Origin: an uncultured Gemmatimonadaceae bacterium
Lineage (GTDB): Bacteria > Gemmatimonadota > Gemmatimonadetes > Gemmatimonadales > Gemmatimonadaceae
Length of the DNA: 64,000 nt
NCBI GenBank assembly: GCA_963843845.1
Contig: CAWJMB010000005.1
Span: 64,001 to 128,000, forward strand
Reading direction: 5' to 3'
Below, one piece after another: positions 1 through 9,874 of this stretch. Both the position numbers and the translations under genes were made by a program. The first letter of the stretch is position 1; each line of letters opens with the position of its first letter. The notes under the pieces were generated by a model. It saw only the letters and a program-made list of their open reading frames with translations. It did not search any database and was not told the DNA's origin.

Positions 1-1062
1 CGGCCGGACCCGCTGCGGCGCGTCGGCGTGTACGCGCCAGGCGGGCGGGCGGCGTATCCGAGCAGCGTGTTCATGGGCGTCGTGCCGGCGCGCGTCGCGG
101 GGGTCGAGCAGATCGTGGTCTGCTCTCCGCCGGGGGAGGACGGCCTCCCGGCGGACGTCGTGCTCGCCGCCGCGGCGCTCGCCGACGTCGACCGCGTCTT
201 CGCGCTGGGCGGGGCCGGCGCCGTCGGAGCGATGGCCTACGGCACGGCGACCGTGCCGCGCGTCGACCGCATCGTCGGCCCCGGCAACGCCTACGTCGCC
301 GAGGCGAAGCTGCAGGTCGCCGGCGTCTGCGCGATCGACGCGCCCGCCGGGCCGAGCGAGCTGCTCGTCGTCGCCGACCATGCCGCCGATCCCGCCGCCG
401 TCGCGCGCGAGATGATCGCGCAGGCCGAGCACGACCCGATGGCCGCCGTGGTGTGTGTCGCCGTCGGCGACGAGACCGCGGAGCAGGTGCTCGCCGCGCT
501 CGCCGAGCAGCTGCCGAACGCGGAGCGCGGAGAGATCGTGCGGCAGTCGCTCGCCGCGAACGGCGCCGTGCTCGTCGCGCAGACCTACGACGAGGCGGCC
601 GCGTTCACGACCGAGTACGCCGCGGAGCACGTGCAGCTCGCGATCGGCGAGCCGGAGATGCGCATGGTGCTCGCCCGGATCCGCAGCGCCGGCACGATCT
701 TCCTCGGCGAGACGACGTCGGTCGCATATGGAGACTACATGACGGGAGCCAACCACGTGCTGCCGACGGGCGGGCTCGCGCGCTCGTACTCGGGGCTGTC
801 GACGCTCGACTTCGTGCGCTGGACGACCTACCAGCGCGTGACGCCGCAGGCCGCCGACCGGCTCGCGTACGACGTCGGGCGCTTCGCCGACGCCGAGGGG
901 CTGCCGGGGCACGCGGCGGCGGCGCGCGCGTGGATGAAGCCGAAGCGATCGCGGATGAAGAACCACGCGCTGCACGCGGCGGCGAAACGGATCAGGACCG
1001 GCCGGGACTCGGAGCTCGGGACCCGGGCGTCCGACGCCTCACCCGAGGAGACGAACGCATGA
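1..1062 (+). CDS. hisD: Histidinol dehydrogenase (5' end outside window)
   Basis: Motifs YAPGGRAAYPSS, GPGNAYV, AGPSE, AQAEHD, AEH, GDYMTGANHVLPT. The C-terminal tail includes a repeat arm. Stop overlaps the hisC start (ATGA 1059-1062). Confidence 0.96.
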   Translation, partial: RPDPLRRVGVYAPGGRAAYPSSVFMGVVPARVAGVEQIVVCSPPGEDGLPADVVLAAAALADVDRVFALGGAGAVGAMAYGTATVPRVDRIVGPGNAYVAEAKLQVAGVCAIDAPAGPSELLVVADHAADPAAVAREMIAQAEHDPMAAVVCVAVGDETAEQVLAALAEQLPNAERGEIVRQSLAANGAVLVAQTYDEAAAFTTEYAAEHVQLAIGEPEMRMVLARIRSAGTIFLGETTSVAYGDYMTGANHVLPTGGLARSYSGLSTLDFVRWTTYQRVTPQAADRLAYDVGRFADAEGLPGHAAAARAWMKPKRSRMKNHALHAAAKRIRTGRDSELGTRASDASPEETNA

Positions 1063-1124
1063 CGACGCGGCCAGCGCCGACGGACGCGAGTCCGTCCCGA
1101 GTCCCGGGTCCCGAGTCCCGGCCG
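999..1124. repeat. Heptamer (CGGGACT-like) inverted repeat bracketing the hisD/hisC junction
   Basis: Left arm cggccgggactcggagctcgggacccggg (999-1027) is complementary to right arm tcccgagtcccgggtcccgagtcccggccg (~1095-1124). Confidence 0.75.
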
Positions 1125-2252
1125 TTGGGCACCCGCCCCGGCTACGACGCGATCCCGCTCTACACCCCGGGCGCTCCGGCGTGCGCCACGGACGTCAGCG
1201 ACACGCTGAACCTGTGGGGCACGCCGCCGGCCGCGCTGCGCGCGCTGCGCGACGCGCTCGACACGATCCCGATCTCGCACTACCCGTCGCTCTACAACGC
1301 GGACCTCAAGGCGCCGATCGCGGCCTACGCCGGCGTGCGCGCCGACGAAGTCGTCACCGGCACCGGCTCCGACAACGTGCTCGACTGCGCGATCCGTGCG
1401 TACGCGCTTCCCGGCGGCACGCTGGCGCACACCGCGCCGACGTTCGCCATGGTGCCGCTCTACGCGCGCTCGAACGGCCTCACTCCGGTCGCCGTGCCGC
1501 TCGTCGGCGACGACTACGCGGTCGACGCGGACGCGCTGCTCGCGACGAACGCCTGCGTCATCTACCTCTGCTCGCCGAACAACCCGAGCGGCACGCCGGC
1601 CGCGCGCGACGCCGTCCTCCGGGTGGTCGAGCGCGCGCCCGGCCTCGTCATCATCGACGAGGCGTACGCCGAGTTCCTGCTCGCCGACCCCGCGGCGAGC
1701 GGCGAGGTGTTCACGCCGAGCGCGCCGGGGTGGGAGCGCGTGATCTGTCTGCGCACGCTGAGCAAGGCGTTCGGGCTCGCGGGGCTGCGCATGGGCTACG
1801 GCGTCGCCGCCGCGCCGGTCGTGCGCGAGGTCGAGAAGGCGCGCGGCCCGTTCATGATCGGCCTCCACGCCGAGCGCGCCGCGGTCGCCGCGTTAGGCGC
1901 CGGGCCGGACGCGCTCGGCTGGGTGCAGGCGCGTGCGGCCGACGCGGTCGCACAGCGCAACGCCCTGCTCGCGGCGACGCGCGCGATGGGGCTCGTGCCG
2001 GCGCCGTCGGTGTCGAACTTCGTGCTGCTCCCGGTCCCGAACGCGCTCGACGTGGCGACGCGGCTGCGCGCGCACGACGTCAGCGTGCGCGTGCTGCGGG
2101 GGATGCCGCAGGCGGTGCCGGCGCTCCGCGCGAGCGGCGGCGAGGGGTTCCGCGTCGGCGCGGCCCCCGAGCCGATCCAGCGCGCGTTCCTCGACGCGCT
2201 CGGCGCGGTGTTCGACACGCCATCCGACGCGTCGCCGGGCGCTCGCGCATGA
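1059..2252 (+). CDS. hisC: Histidinol-phosphate aminotransferase
   Basis: ATG at 1059 after GAGGAG; motifs CSPNNPSG, IDEAYAEF, RTLSKAFGLAGLRMGY (PLP lysine); operon context. Confidence 0.93.
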   Translation: MTTRPAPTDASPSRVPGPESRPLGTRPGYDAIPLYTPGAPACATDVSDTLNLWGTPPAALRALRDALDTIPISHYPSLYNADLKAPIAAYAGVRADEVVTGTGSDNVLDCAIRAYALPGGTLAHTAPTFAMVPLYARSNGLTPVAVPLVGDDYAVDADALLATNACVIYLCSPNNPSGTPAARDAVLRVVERAPGLVIIDEAYAEFLLADPAASGEVFTPSAPGWERVICLRTLSKAFGLAGLRMGYGVAAAPVVREVEKARGPFMIGLHAERAAVAALGAGPDALGWVQARAADAVAQRNALLAATRAMGLVPAPSVSNFVLLPVPNALDVATRLRAHDVSVRVLRGMPQAVPALRASGGEGFRVGAAPEPIQRAFLDALGAVFDTPSDASPGARA

Positions 2253-2941
2253 GTCGGCCGCGCGTGACGCTCTTCGATTACGGCGCCGGGAACCTGCACT
2301 CGCTCGCGAAGGCGCTCGAGGCGGCCGGCGCGGACGTGCGCGTCGACGCGGACCCGACGCGCGCGGTGCGCGAGACCGACGCGCTCGTGCTCCCGGGCGT
2401 CGGTGCGTTCGCCGCGGCGGCCGAGCGCCTCGCGCCCGGCCGGGACGCGATGCGCGACGCGATGCGCGCCGGCCTCCCGACGTTAGGCATCTGCCTGGGG
2501 ATGCAGCTGCTGTTCGACGCGAGCGACGAAGGACCCGGCGACGGCCTCGGCGCGATCCCCGGCCGCGTGACGCGACTCGAGGCGCGGCGCGTACCGCAGA
2601 TCGGGTGGAACGCGATCGACGACGCGCGCGACCCGCTCTACGACGCCTCGGCGCTGACGACGGCGTACTACGCGAACAGCTACGTCTGCCGCCCGGGCGG
2701 CGACGTGCCGGACGACGTCGTGACCGCGTGGAGTGAGCACGACGGCGACCGCTTTCCGGCCTCGGTGCGGCGGGGCGCGACGGTCGGCGTGCAGTTCCAT
2801 CCCGAGAAGAGCAGCGCGGCCGGGCTGGCGTTCGTGCGCGCGTTCGTGGTGAGCCTCCGCGGAGCGGAGAGCGGGGAGCGGGACGTGAACGACCGCTCCC
2901 CGCTCCACGCTCCCCCGTCCCCGACCGGTCACGACTCATGA
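2249..2941 (+). CDS. hisH: Imidazole glycerol phosphate synthase, glutamine amidotransferase subunit
   Basis: DYGAGNLHS, LPGVGAF, GICLGMQLL, VPQIGWN, GVQFHPEKS; ATGA overlaps at both ends. Confidence 0.95.
   Translation: MSRPRVTLFDYGAGNLHSLAKALEAAGADVRVDADPTRAVRETDALVLPGVGAFAAAAERLAPGRDAMRDAMRAGLPTLGICLGMQLLFDASDEGPGDGLGAIPGRVTRLEARRVPQIGWNAIDDARDPLYDASALTTAYYANSYVCRPGGDVPDDVVTAWSEHDGDRFPASVRRGATVGVQFHPEKSSAAGLAFVRAFVVSLRGAESGERDVNDRSPLHAPPSPTGHDS
2861..2913. repeat. Heptamer (GGGGAGC-like) hairpin in the hisH 3' end
   Basis: ggagcggagagcggggagcgg ... ccgctccccgctccacgctcc; translated as GAESGERDVNDRSPLHAP. Confidence 0.7.
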
Positions 2942-3652
2942 TCGTCATTCCCGCAGTGGACCTGCGCGACGGCGCGTGCGTGCAGCTCGTCGGCGGCGAG
3001 TACGACGCCGAGCGCGTGCGGCTCGACGATCCGTTGGGCGTCGCGCGCGAGTGGGGGCGCGTCGGCTTCCGGCGGCTGCACGTCGTCGACCTCGACGCGG
3101 CGACGGAGCGCGGCTCGAACGCCGGCGTCGTCGACGAGATCCTGCGCCACGGCGGGATCGACACCGTGCAGGTCGGCGGCGGCGTGCGCGACGACGACGC
3201 GGTCGAGCGGCTGCTCGGCGCCGGCGCGAGCCACGTCGTCGTCGGCACGCGCGCCCTCGAGGACCCCGAGTGGCTGGCCGAGCTGGCGGCGCACTACCCG
3301 GGCGACATCATCGTCGCCGCCGACGTGCGCGAGCGGCGGGTCGTGACGCGCGGCTGGACGCGGACGCTTCCACGGAACGTCATCGACCTCGTCGAGGAGC
3401 TGGCGCCGCTGCCGCTCGGCGGGCTGCTCGTGACCGCCGTGCACCGCGAGGGGCAGATGCAGGGCACCGACCTGCCGCTGATGGAAGACGTCGTCGAGGC
3501 GGCGACGGTTGCCCGTGTTCGCGTCGGGCGGCGTCGGCTCGGTCGCCGACCTGCGCGCGCTCGACGACCGCGGCGTCGCCGGCGTCGTCATCGGCATGGC
3601 GCTCTACACCGGCGCGATCGACCCGCGCGCCGTCATCGACGAGTTCTCGTGA
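2938..3652 (+). CDS. hisA: ProFAR isomerase HisA (frameshift near 3510, probably sequencing error)
   Basis: [41 protein letters not shown]; another frame continues with ASGGVGS...GVVIGMALY to TGA 3650-3652. Confidence 0.92.
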
Positions 3653-3697
3653 ACCCCGACCGTCGTCCCGAGCGGCGCGACAGCTGACTTCCACGAC

Positions 3698-4295
3698 ATG
3701 ACCACGATCGTCCGCGAGACGAAGGAGACGCAGATCCGCGTCGAGCTGACGCGCGGCACCGGCGCCGCGCGGATCGACACGAGCGTGCCCTTCCTCGACC
3801 ACATGCTCGTCACGCTCGCGCGCTACGCCGGCGTCGACCTCGCCGTGCACGCGCGCGGCGACCTGCGCCACCACCTCATCGAGGACGTGGCGATCGCGCT
3901 CGGCGCGGCGCTCGCCGACTTCGCGCCGCCGACCGCGGCGCGCTACGGCGACCGCACGATCCCGATGGACGACGCGCTCGTGCACGTCGTCGATCGACAT
4001 CGGCGGCCGCCCGTACTACCGCAGGGCCGCTGCCGAGCCGGCTGTACGACCACTGGATGCGCTCGTTCGCCGACAACGCGCGCGCGACGCTGCACGTGCG
4101 CGTGCTCCGCGGCACCGACCGGCACCACATCGTCGAGGCGGCGTTCAAGGCGCTGGGCCTCGCGCTGCGCGACGCGCTCGCGGAGCGCGGCGCGGTGTTC
4201 AGCGACGAAGGGTCCGTCGCGCTGACCACCGGGGATCGGGAATCTGGGATCGGGGCGTCGACGACCGATCCCCGATCCCGATCTCCGGCCGCTAG
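3698..4295 (+). CDS. hisB: Imidazoleglycerol-phosphate dehydratase (frameshifted; 3' end uncertain, 4225 or 4295)
   Basis: [26 protein letters not shown]; second frame gives [12 protein letters not shown]. Confidence 0.9.
4229..4288. repeat. GGGGATC/GATCCCC heptamer hairpin at the hisB/hisF junction
   Basis: ccggggatcgggaatctgggatcgg ... ccgatccccgatcccgatctccgg. Confidence 0.8.
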
Positions 4296-4297
4296 CC

Positions 4298-5087
4298 ATG
4301 CTCACCCGCCGGCTCATCGTCTGCCTCGACGTCCGAGGCGGCCGCGTCGTGAAGGGCACGCAGTTCGTCGACCTGCGCGACGTCGGCGACCCGGTGGCGC
4401 TCGCCGAGCGCTACGAAGCCGAGGGCGCCGACGAGATCACCTTCCTCGACATCTCGGCGAGCGCCGAGGAGCGCGCGACGCTGCTCGACGTGGCGCGGCG
4501 CACGGCGGAGCGGCTGTTCATCCCGCTCACGATCGGCGGCGGCGTGCGCTCGGCGGACGACGTCGGGCGCGCGCTGCGCGCGGGCGCCGACAAGGTGCAG
4601 CATCAACTCCGCGGCGGTGGCGCGGCCGGAGGTGCTCACGGAGAGCGCGGAGCGCTTCGGCGCGCAGTGCGTGGTCGCGAGCATCGACGCGAAGCGCGGA
4701 CGCCGACGCGGCGATGTGGCGCGTGTATGTGCGAGGGCGGCGCGAGGCGCCGACCGATCTCGACGCGGTCGCATGGGCGCGCGAGTGCGTCGCGCGCGGC
4801 GCCGGCGAGATCCTGCTCACGAGCATCGACCGCGACGGCGCGCGCACCGGGTACGACCTCGCGCTGACGCGCGCCGTGGCCGACGCGGTGAACGTCCCGG
4901 TCATCGCCTCCGGCGGCGCGGGCGAACGCGGCGCACGTCCGCGACGCGCTCGTCGACGGGCAGCGCCGACGCGGCGCTGGTCGCGGGCATCCTGCACGAC
5001 GGCGTCACGACGGTGCGCGCGATCAAGCACGCGATGCGGGCGGCCGGCATCCCGAGCGCGGAGCGACCGACGGACGCGCATGTCTGA
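4298..5087 (+). CDS. hisF: Imidazole glycerol phosphate synthase cyclase subunit (several frameshifts)
   Basis: [73 protein letters not shown] found across frames. Confidence 0.93.
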
Positions 5088-5874
5088 GCACCTGCTGACG
5101 GCCGTCGCCGACGTCGCGCGCGTCGCCGGCGACGTCGCGCTGCGCCACTATCGCGACGACGCTCCACGTGGAGACGAAGGGCGACGGCTCGCCGGTCACG
5201 ATCGCCGACCGCGCGGCGGAGCAGGCGGCGCGCGAGTGGATCAGGCACGCGCTTCCCGGCCGACGGGATCCTCGGCGAGGAGTCGGCGTCGCGTCGGGCA
5301 CCGTGCGCGGCGCCGCTGGATCATCGACCCGATCGACGGCACGAAGACGTTCGTGCGCGGCGTGCCGCTCTGGGGAACGCTCGTCGCGTGGCCGAAGGGG
5401 ATCCGTCGGCGCGTCCGGGCAGAGTGCTCGCCGGCGCGGCGTACTTCCCGGCGGTGAGCGAGCTGATCGCCGCGGCGCCCGGCGAGGGGTGCTGGTGGAA
5501 CGGCGCCGCGCTGCCGCGTGTCGGAGACGAGCGCGTTGGCGCAGCGCGACCGTGCTCACGACCGACGAGCGCTTCACGCACCGGCCCGACGGCGCGACGC
5601 GTGGCGTCGCGCTCGCCGGCGCGGCGGGCGTGGCCCGCACGTGGGGCGACTGCTACGGCTACCTGCTCGTCGCCACCGGCCGCGCGGAGGTGATGGTCGA
5701 CGGCGTCGTCGGGCGATTGGGACGCGGCGGCGCTTCCTGCCGATCATCGAGGAGGCGGGCGGCGTCTTCACGACTGGGAGGGCAGAGCGCACCGCGTTCG
5801 GCGGGAGCGCCGTCGCGACCAACGCTTCCCTCGCCGAGGCCGTTCGGCACACGCTCCGGAACACGATCCGGTAG
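5080..5874 (+). CDS. hisN: Histidinol-phosphatase, inositol monophosphatase family (frameshifted)
   Basis: [56 protein letters not shown]; position in his operon. Confidence 0.85.
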
Positions 5875-5968
5875 CAGTGCGACCGGGCCCGCGCGACACG
5901 TGATCCTGGCACGCGCGCAGACCACGACGCGCGCGACGGCGCGTGTCGGGCGCACCGTTCCTCTCGCT

Positions 5969-5974
5969 TAGATT
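5969..5974 (+). promoter_or_regulatory. Putative -10 box (TAGATT) of a leaderless hisIE transcript
   Basis: TANNNT 6 nt upstream of ATG 5981 with no Shine-Dalgarno. Confidence 0.45.
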
Positions 5975-5980
5975 CGATCC

Positions 5981-6622
5981 ATGCTGCGACTCGACAGCCT
6001 GGACTTCGACAAGGGCGACGGCCTCGTGACGGTCGTCGCGCAGGACGCCCGCACGGGCGCCGTGCTCATGGTCGCGCACGCCGACCGCGAGGCGCTCGAG
6101 CGCACGCTCGCGACCGGCGAGATGCACTATCGCTCGCGCACGCGCGGGCTGTGGCACAAGGGCGCGACGAGCGGCAACGTGCAGCGCGTCGTCTCGCTCG
6201 CTGCAGACTGCGACGGCGACGCGGTGCTCGCGCGCGTCGAGCCGGCGGGGCCGGCGTGCCACACGGGCGCGGTCTCGTGCTTCGGCGACGTCGCACTCGC
6301 CGCGGATGCACTCGGCATGCTCGACGCGACCATCGCCGCTCGCGATGCCGTGCCGGGGGGCGCCGTCGTCGGCGTGCCGACCGGTTCCGCCGAGAACGCC
6401 CCGCCGAGCTACACGCAGCGACTGCTCGCCGACCGCAACCTGCGGCTCAAGAAGCTCGGCGAGGAGGCGGCGGAGCTCGCCGTGGCGTGCGCGGACGACG
6501 ATGCGCCGCGCGCGGCGGAGGAGGCCGCCGACCTCCTCTACCACGCGCTCGTCGCACTGCGTCCGCTCGGCGTCACGCTCGACGACGTGCGGCGCGTGCT
6601 AGCGGCTCGCCGACGCGCCTGA
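5981..6622 (+). CDS. hisIE: Bifunctional phosphoribosyl-AMP cyclohydrolase / phosphoribosyl-ATP diphosphatase
   Basis: [27 protein letters not shown], then [23 protein letters not shown]. Confidence 0.96.
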   Translation: MLRLDSLDFDKGDGLVTVVAQDARTGAVLMVAHADREALERTLATGEMHYRSRTRGLWHKGATSGNVQRVVSLAADCDGDAVLARVEPAGPACHTGAVSCFGDVALAADALGMLDATIAARDAVPGGAVVGVPTGSAENAPPSYTQRLLADRNLRLKKLGEEAAELAVACADDDAPRAAEEAADLLYHALVALRPLGVTLDDVRRVLAARRRA

Positions 6623-6925
6623 CCCGCTCGACGCCGCGCCGACACGCCGCCCCGCGCCGCCCGCCCGCTTCTTCAGGCTCTCCGCGACGGCTTCGTCGTA
6701 GAGCCGCTTCGCCTCGACCATGATCGTCGAGTCGATCTGGCTCGCGCGGCGCGCCTTCTCGGCGCGGTAGAGCGCCTGCGGGCTGTCATGGTGCGGCGCC
6801 GGCGGGACGATGATCTCGCGCGGGCCGCGCGGGCGGCGGCGCATGGAGCCTGCCCGCGGGAGGGCGCGGCGGGGTCGTTCCGGAGTGACGACGGTGGCGG
6901 CGGTGCTGTATGGCGAAGAGCGCAT
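6599..6925 (-). CDS. Small basic hypothetical protein (~108 aa)
   Basis: GGAGG 6 nt before ATG 6925 (MRSSPYST...); helical-looking core [38 protein letters not shown]; overlaps the hisIE end convergently. Confidence 0.45.
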   Translation of the reverse strand: MRSSPYSTAATVVTPERPRRALPRAGSMRRRPRGPREIIVPPAPHHDSPQALYRAEKARRASQIDSTIMVEAKRLYDEAVAESLKKRAGGAGRRVGAASSGSGASASR

Positions 6926-7070
6926 CCTGGCCTCCAATTGGGTTCTGGGAGGCTCTCTCAATGCACGTCGTGTGCGCGCGTCACGGAATCCGTCCTGCTT
7001 TTTCCTCAGCCCGGCGAGGGGCACCGACTGCGGGACGTACCGCCGTTCACCTCTCAGTCGCGCAGCCGCT

Positions 7071-8444
7071 TCAGAAACCCGCGATGACCGCTCGGTCGAG
7101 CTTCGCTGGATCTCCGACATACGCGAAGCGCACGTTGCGCATGTACTGCCGCGCGACGCGCCGGACGTCGTCCGGGGTGACGCGACGGAGCGCGTCGGCG
7201 AACTGCGTCGCGCGGCGCCAGTCGCCCTGATAGAGCTGCGCGCGCGCGAGCTGGTTCGCCTGGTCGGCGTTCGTCTCGTTCTTCAGGAAGTACTCGGTGA
7301 CGAATTGCGCCTTGATCTGCTCGAGTCCGCGCGCCGGAATCCACCCGTTCTGCAGGTTCGCGACCTCCTGTCGCATGATGCGCAGCGTCGTGTTCGGGTC
7401 GACCGTCGTCACGTACAGCCCGCCCGCCGTCTGCGCGCGGTCGACGAACGAGGCCTCGACGGCGTACGTGAGGTTGCGCTTCGCGCGGATCTCGCTGAAC
7501 AGTCGGCCGGAGAGCACGGCGGTCGCGATGCGGAGGGCGTCGTAGTCGCGCCCCGTCGCCGGTGGGCCGGCGTAGTAGCCCTGGATGTAGTTCGTCGGCA
7601 GCGCGCGCGCCTCGACGGCGACGGCGGGGGTGAATGCGGCGGGGGCGGGCGGCGGCGTCCACTGATAGCTGCCGGCCGGCAGCCGCGCGATCGTGCCGCT
7701 CACGAGCCGCTCCACACGCGCCCGCGACACGTTGCCGACGATCACGAGCAGCATGCGCGACGTCACGATCTGCTCACGCTGAAAGCGCCGCAGCTCGCTC
7801 ACGCGCAGTCGCGCGATCGTCGTCTCGGTACCGGCCGGCTCGATGCCGTACGGGTGGCCGGCGTAGGCGACGCTGTCGGCCAGATACGCGAGCAGCGCGT
7901 CCGGGTTGTCGCGCCGCTGTCGCACGCCGCTCAACAGCTGCGTGCGCACGAGCTCGACCTCTCCGGAGTCGAGCGTCGGCCGCATGAGCCGATCGGCGAA
8001 GATCGCCCACGTCGAGTCGAACGTCGCGACCGTGCTCCGGAGCGCGAACGTCGTCCAGTCCTGATCCGCGCCGACGCCGATCTGCGTGCCCAGCTCCGCC
8101 ATGCGCCGCAACAGCACGTCGCGCGGGTACCCGGTCGTTCCGCGCTCCGACGCCTGCAACAGCAGCGGCTCGATCCCGGCCTGCTCGGCGCCGATCAGGC
8201 GGGTGCCGCCCAACAGATACAGGTTCGCCGCGACGACGTCGTTGGCGCTGACCTGGCGGAGAATGACGCGGACCCCTCGGACGTCGAAGCTCTGCGTGGC
8301 GGTATCGGGAGCGACGGCACCGCCGGGGACCGGGGATCGGGGATCGGAGATGCCGACGCCGACGGCCGATCCCCGGTCTCCGATCGCCGATCCCCGAATC
8401 GTCGCAACGCTCGCCAGCGCGAGGATGCCGAACGCCCGCATCAC
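7071..8444 (-). CDS. M16 family peptidase, non-catalytic partner subunit
   Basis: Pitrilysin-like sequence (GRLFSEIRAKRNLTYAV) without HXXEH; signal-like N-terminus; GTGA overlap with the upstream M16 gene. Confidence 0.85.
   Translation of the reverse strand: MMRAFGILALASVATIRGSAIGDRGSAVGVGISDPRSPVPGGAVAPDTATQSFDVRGVRVILRQVSANDVVAANLYLLGGTRLIGAEQAGIEPLLLQASERGTTGYPRDVLLRRMAELGTQIGVGADQDWTTFALRSTVATFDSTWAIFADRLMRPTLDSGEVELVRTQLLSGVRQRRDNPDALLAYLADSVAYAGHPYGIEPAGTETTIARLRVSELRRFQREQIVTSRMLLVIVGNVSRARVERLVSGTIARLPAGSYQWTPPPAPAAFTPAVAVEARALPTNYIQGYYAGPPATGRDYDALRIATAVLSGRLFSEIRAKRNLTYAVEASFVDRAQTAGGLYVTTVDPNTTLRIMRQEVANLQNGWIPARGLEQIKAQFVTEYFLKNETNADQANQLARAQLYQGDWRRATQFADALRRVTPDDVRRVARQYMRNVRFAYVGDPAKLDRAVIAGF
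8324..8396. repeat. GGGGATC heptamer hairpin in frame within the M16 N-terminus
   Basis: cggggaccggggatcggggatcggagat ... ccgatccccggtctccgatcgccgatccccg; encodes RGSAIGDRGSAVGVGISDPRSPVP. Confidence 0.8.
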
Positions 8445-9847
8445 GGCCGGGTCCTCATGATCGACGGCGGCGCCCCGACGAGGTCGCGCTCCGTCAGGTT
8501 CAGCCGACGACGATCCTCGGCCGAGAGCAGCACGCCCGCGATATGCGGCTTGCCGATGATGTAGCGCTGCGCGTAGCGACGCAGCTCGTCGGTCGTCTGC
8601 TTCGCCATCGTGTCCACGTAGCCGAGGAAGTAGTCGAGGTCGGAGACCGCCCACCAGAAGCCGACCGTGTGTGTGAGGCCGCTCGTGCGCTCGGCGCCGA
8701 ACGCGCTCTCGACGGCGCGCTGCGCCTTCACCTGCTGCAGCTCGGCGGCCGAGAAGTAGCCGGGGTCGTCGGTCCGCTCGATCTCGTCGTAGAGCGCGGC
8801 GATCGCCTGGCGCAGCTTGTCGGGCGACGTCTGGCCGCTCACCGTGATCGGGCCGTTCTGATCCAGCGTGTAGTAGTTGAACACGATGCCCTGCCACAGG
8901 CCGCTGTCGACGAGGCGGCGCTGAAAACGCGAGTTCGGCGAGTTGAGCGCGTCGCTGAACACGTCGGCCGCGTACGTGCTCGCCGCGTCGCGCCGCACGC
9001 TCGGCCCCTGCCACTGCACGAGGAACGTCACGGCGCTCACCGGGGCTTCGCTGATCACCGCTTCGCTCCGCGCGACGGGAGGAATCGGCGGGACCGGGTT
9101 CGCGACGAAGGGATCGGCGCCCCGCCGCCAGTCGCCGTAGAATGCGGTCGCCCACGCGAACACCGAGTCCGGGTTCACGTCGCCGGTCACGACGAGCGCC
9201 GAATTGTTCGGCACGTAGTAGCGCCGCTGGATCTCGCGCATCTTGAGCGGCGTCACCGATTTCAGCACGTCGCGGTCGCCGATGACGTTCTTCCGGCTGA
9301 ACTGGCCGGGGTAGAGCTTCGCGGTCATCTGCTGTTGCAGCGTGAAGCCCGGCTCCGCCTCGTTGCGGTCGTACTCGCCCAACACGACCTCCTTCTCGGT
9401 CGCCAGCTCGTCCTCGCGGAACAGCGGGTCGCGCAGGGCCGAGGCGAGAAAGCGCATGCCGGCGCGCGCGCTGTCGGCGGGGAGCGTGAGGTAGTAGTTC
9501 ACGACCTCCTCGCCCGTCGACCCGTTGAACACGGCGCCCAGCTCGGTCGCGCGCTCGGTGAACTGCTCGGGAAGCGGGTACTCCTTGTTCGCCTTGAAGA
9601 ACATGTGCTCGTACATGTGCGCGAGGCCGGCGTACTCCGGGCTCTGCGTGTACGAGCCGTTCTTCACGTCGATCTCGACGGTCGCGATCGGCACGCCGTG
9701 GTTCTCGACGACGATGACTTCGAGCCCGTTGGCGAGCACCGTGCGACGGATGACTCGCTCGAGCTCGGCCCGCGACTGCGCGGCGAGCGGCAGGGCCGTC
9801 GTGGCGGCGACGAGTACGAGGACGAACGCAGCGACGTGCCTTCTCAT
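8441..9847 (-). CDS. M16 family zinc peptidase, catalytic subunit, exported
   Basis: Signal peptide; LANGLEVIV; GLAHMYEHMFF (HXXEH); EKEVVLGE. Confidence 0.92.
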   Translation of the reverse strand: MRRHVAAFVLVLVAATTALPLAAQSRAELERVIRRTVLANGLEVIVVENHGVPIATVEIDVKNGSYTQSPEYAGLAHMYEHMFFKANKEYPLPEQFTERATELGAVFNGSTGEEVVNYYLTLPADSARAGMRFLASALRDPLFREDELATEKEVVLGEYDRNEAEPGFTLQQQMTAKLYPGQFSRKNVIGDRDVLKSVTPLKMREIQRRYYVPNNSALVVTGDVNPDSVFAWATAFYGDWRRGADPFVANPVPPIPPVARSEAVISEAPVSAVTFLVQWQGPSVRRDAASTYAADVFSDALNSPNSRFQRRLVDSGLWQGIVFNYYTLDQNGPITVSGQTSPDKLRQAIAALYDEIERTDDPGYFSAAELQQVKAQRAVESAFGAERTSGLTHTVGFWWAVSDLDYFLGYVDTMAKQTTDELRRYAQRYIIGKPHIAGVLLSAEDRRRLNLTERDLVGAPPSIMRTRP

Positions 9848-9861
9848 GGACGCTCTTTCAG

Positions 9862-9867
9862 TAATTT
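9862..9867 (+). promoter_or_regulatory. Putative -10 box (TAATTT) of a leaderless murB transcript
   Basis: TANNNT 7 nt before ATG 9875, inside a 27-nt divergent gap. Confidence 0.45.
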
Positions 9868-9874
9868 GACCGGC

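Noticed and set aside
6926..7070. Riboswitch or 6S-like ncRNA
   Set aside because: I could not match any known consensus by eye; a promoter region explains it.
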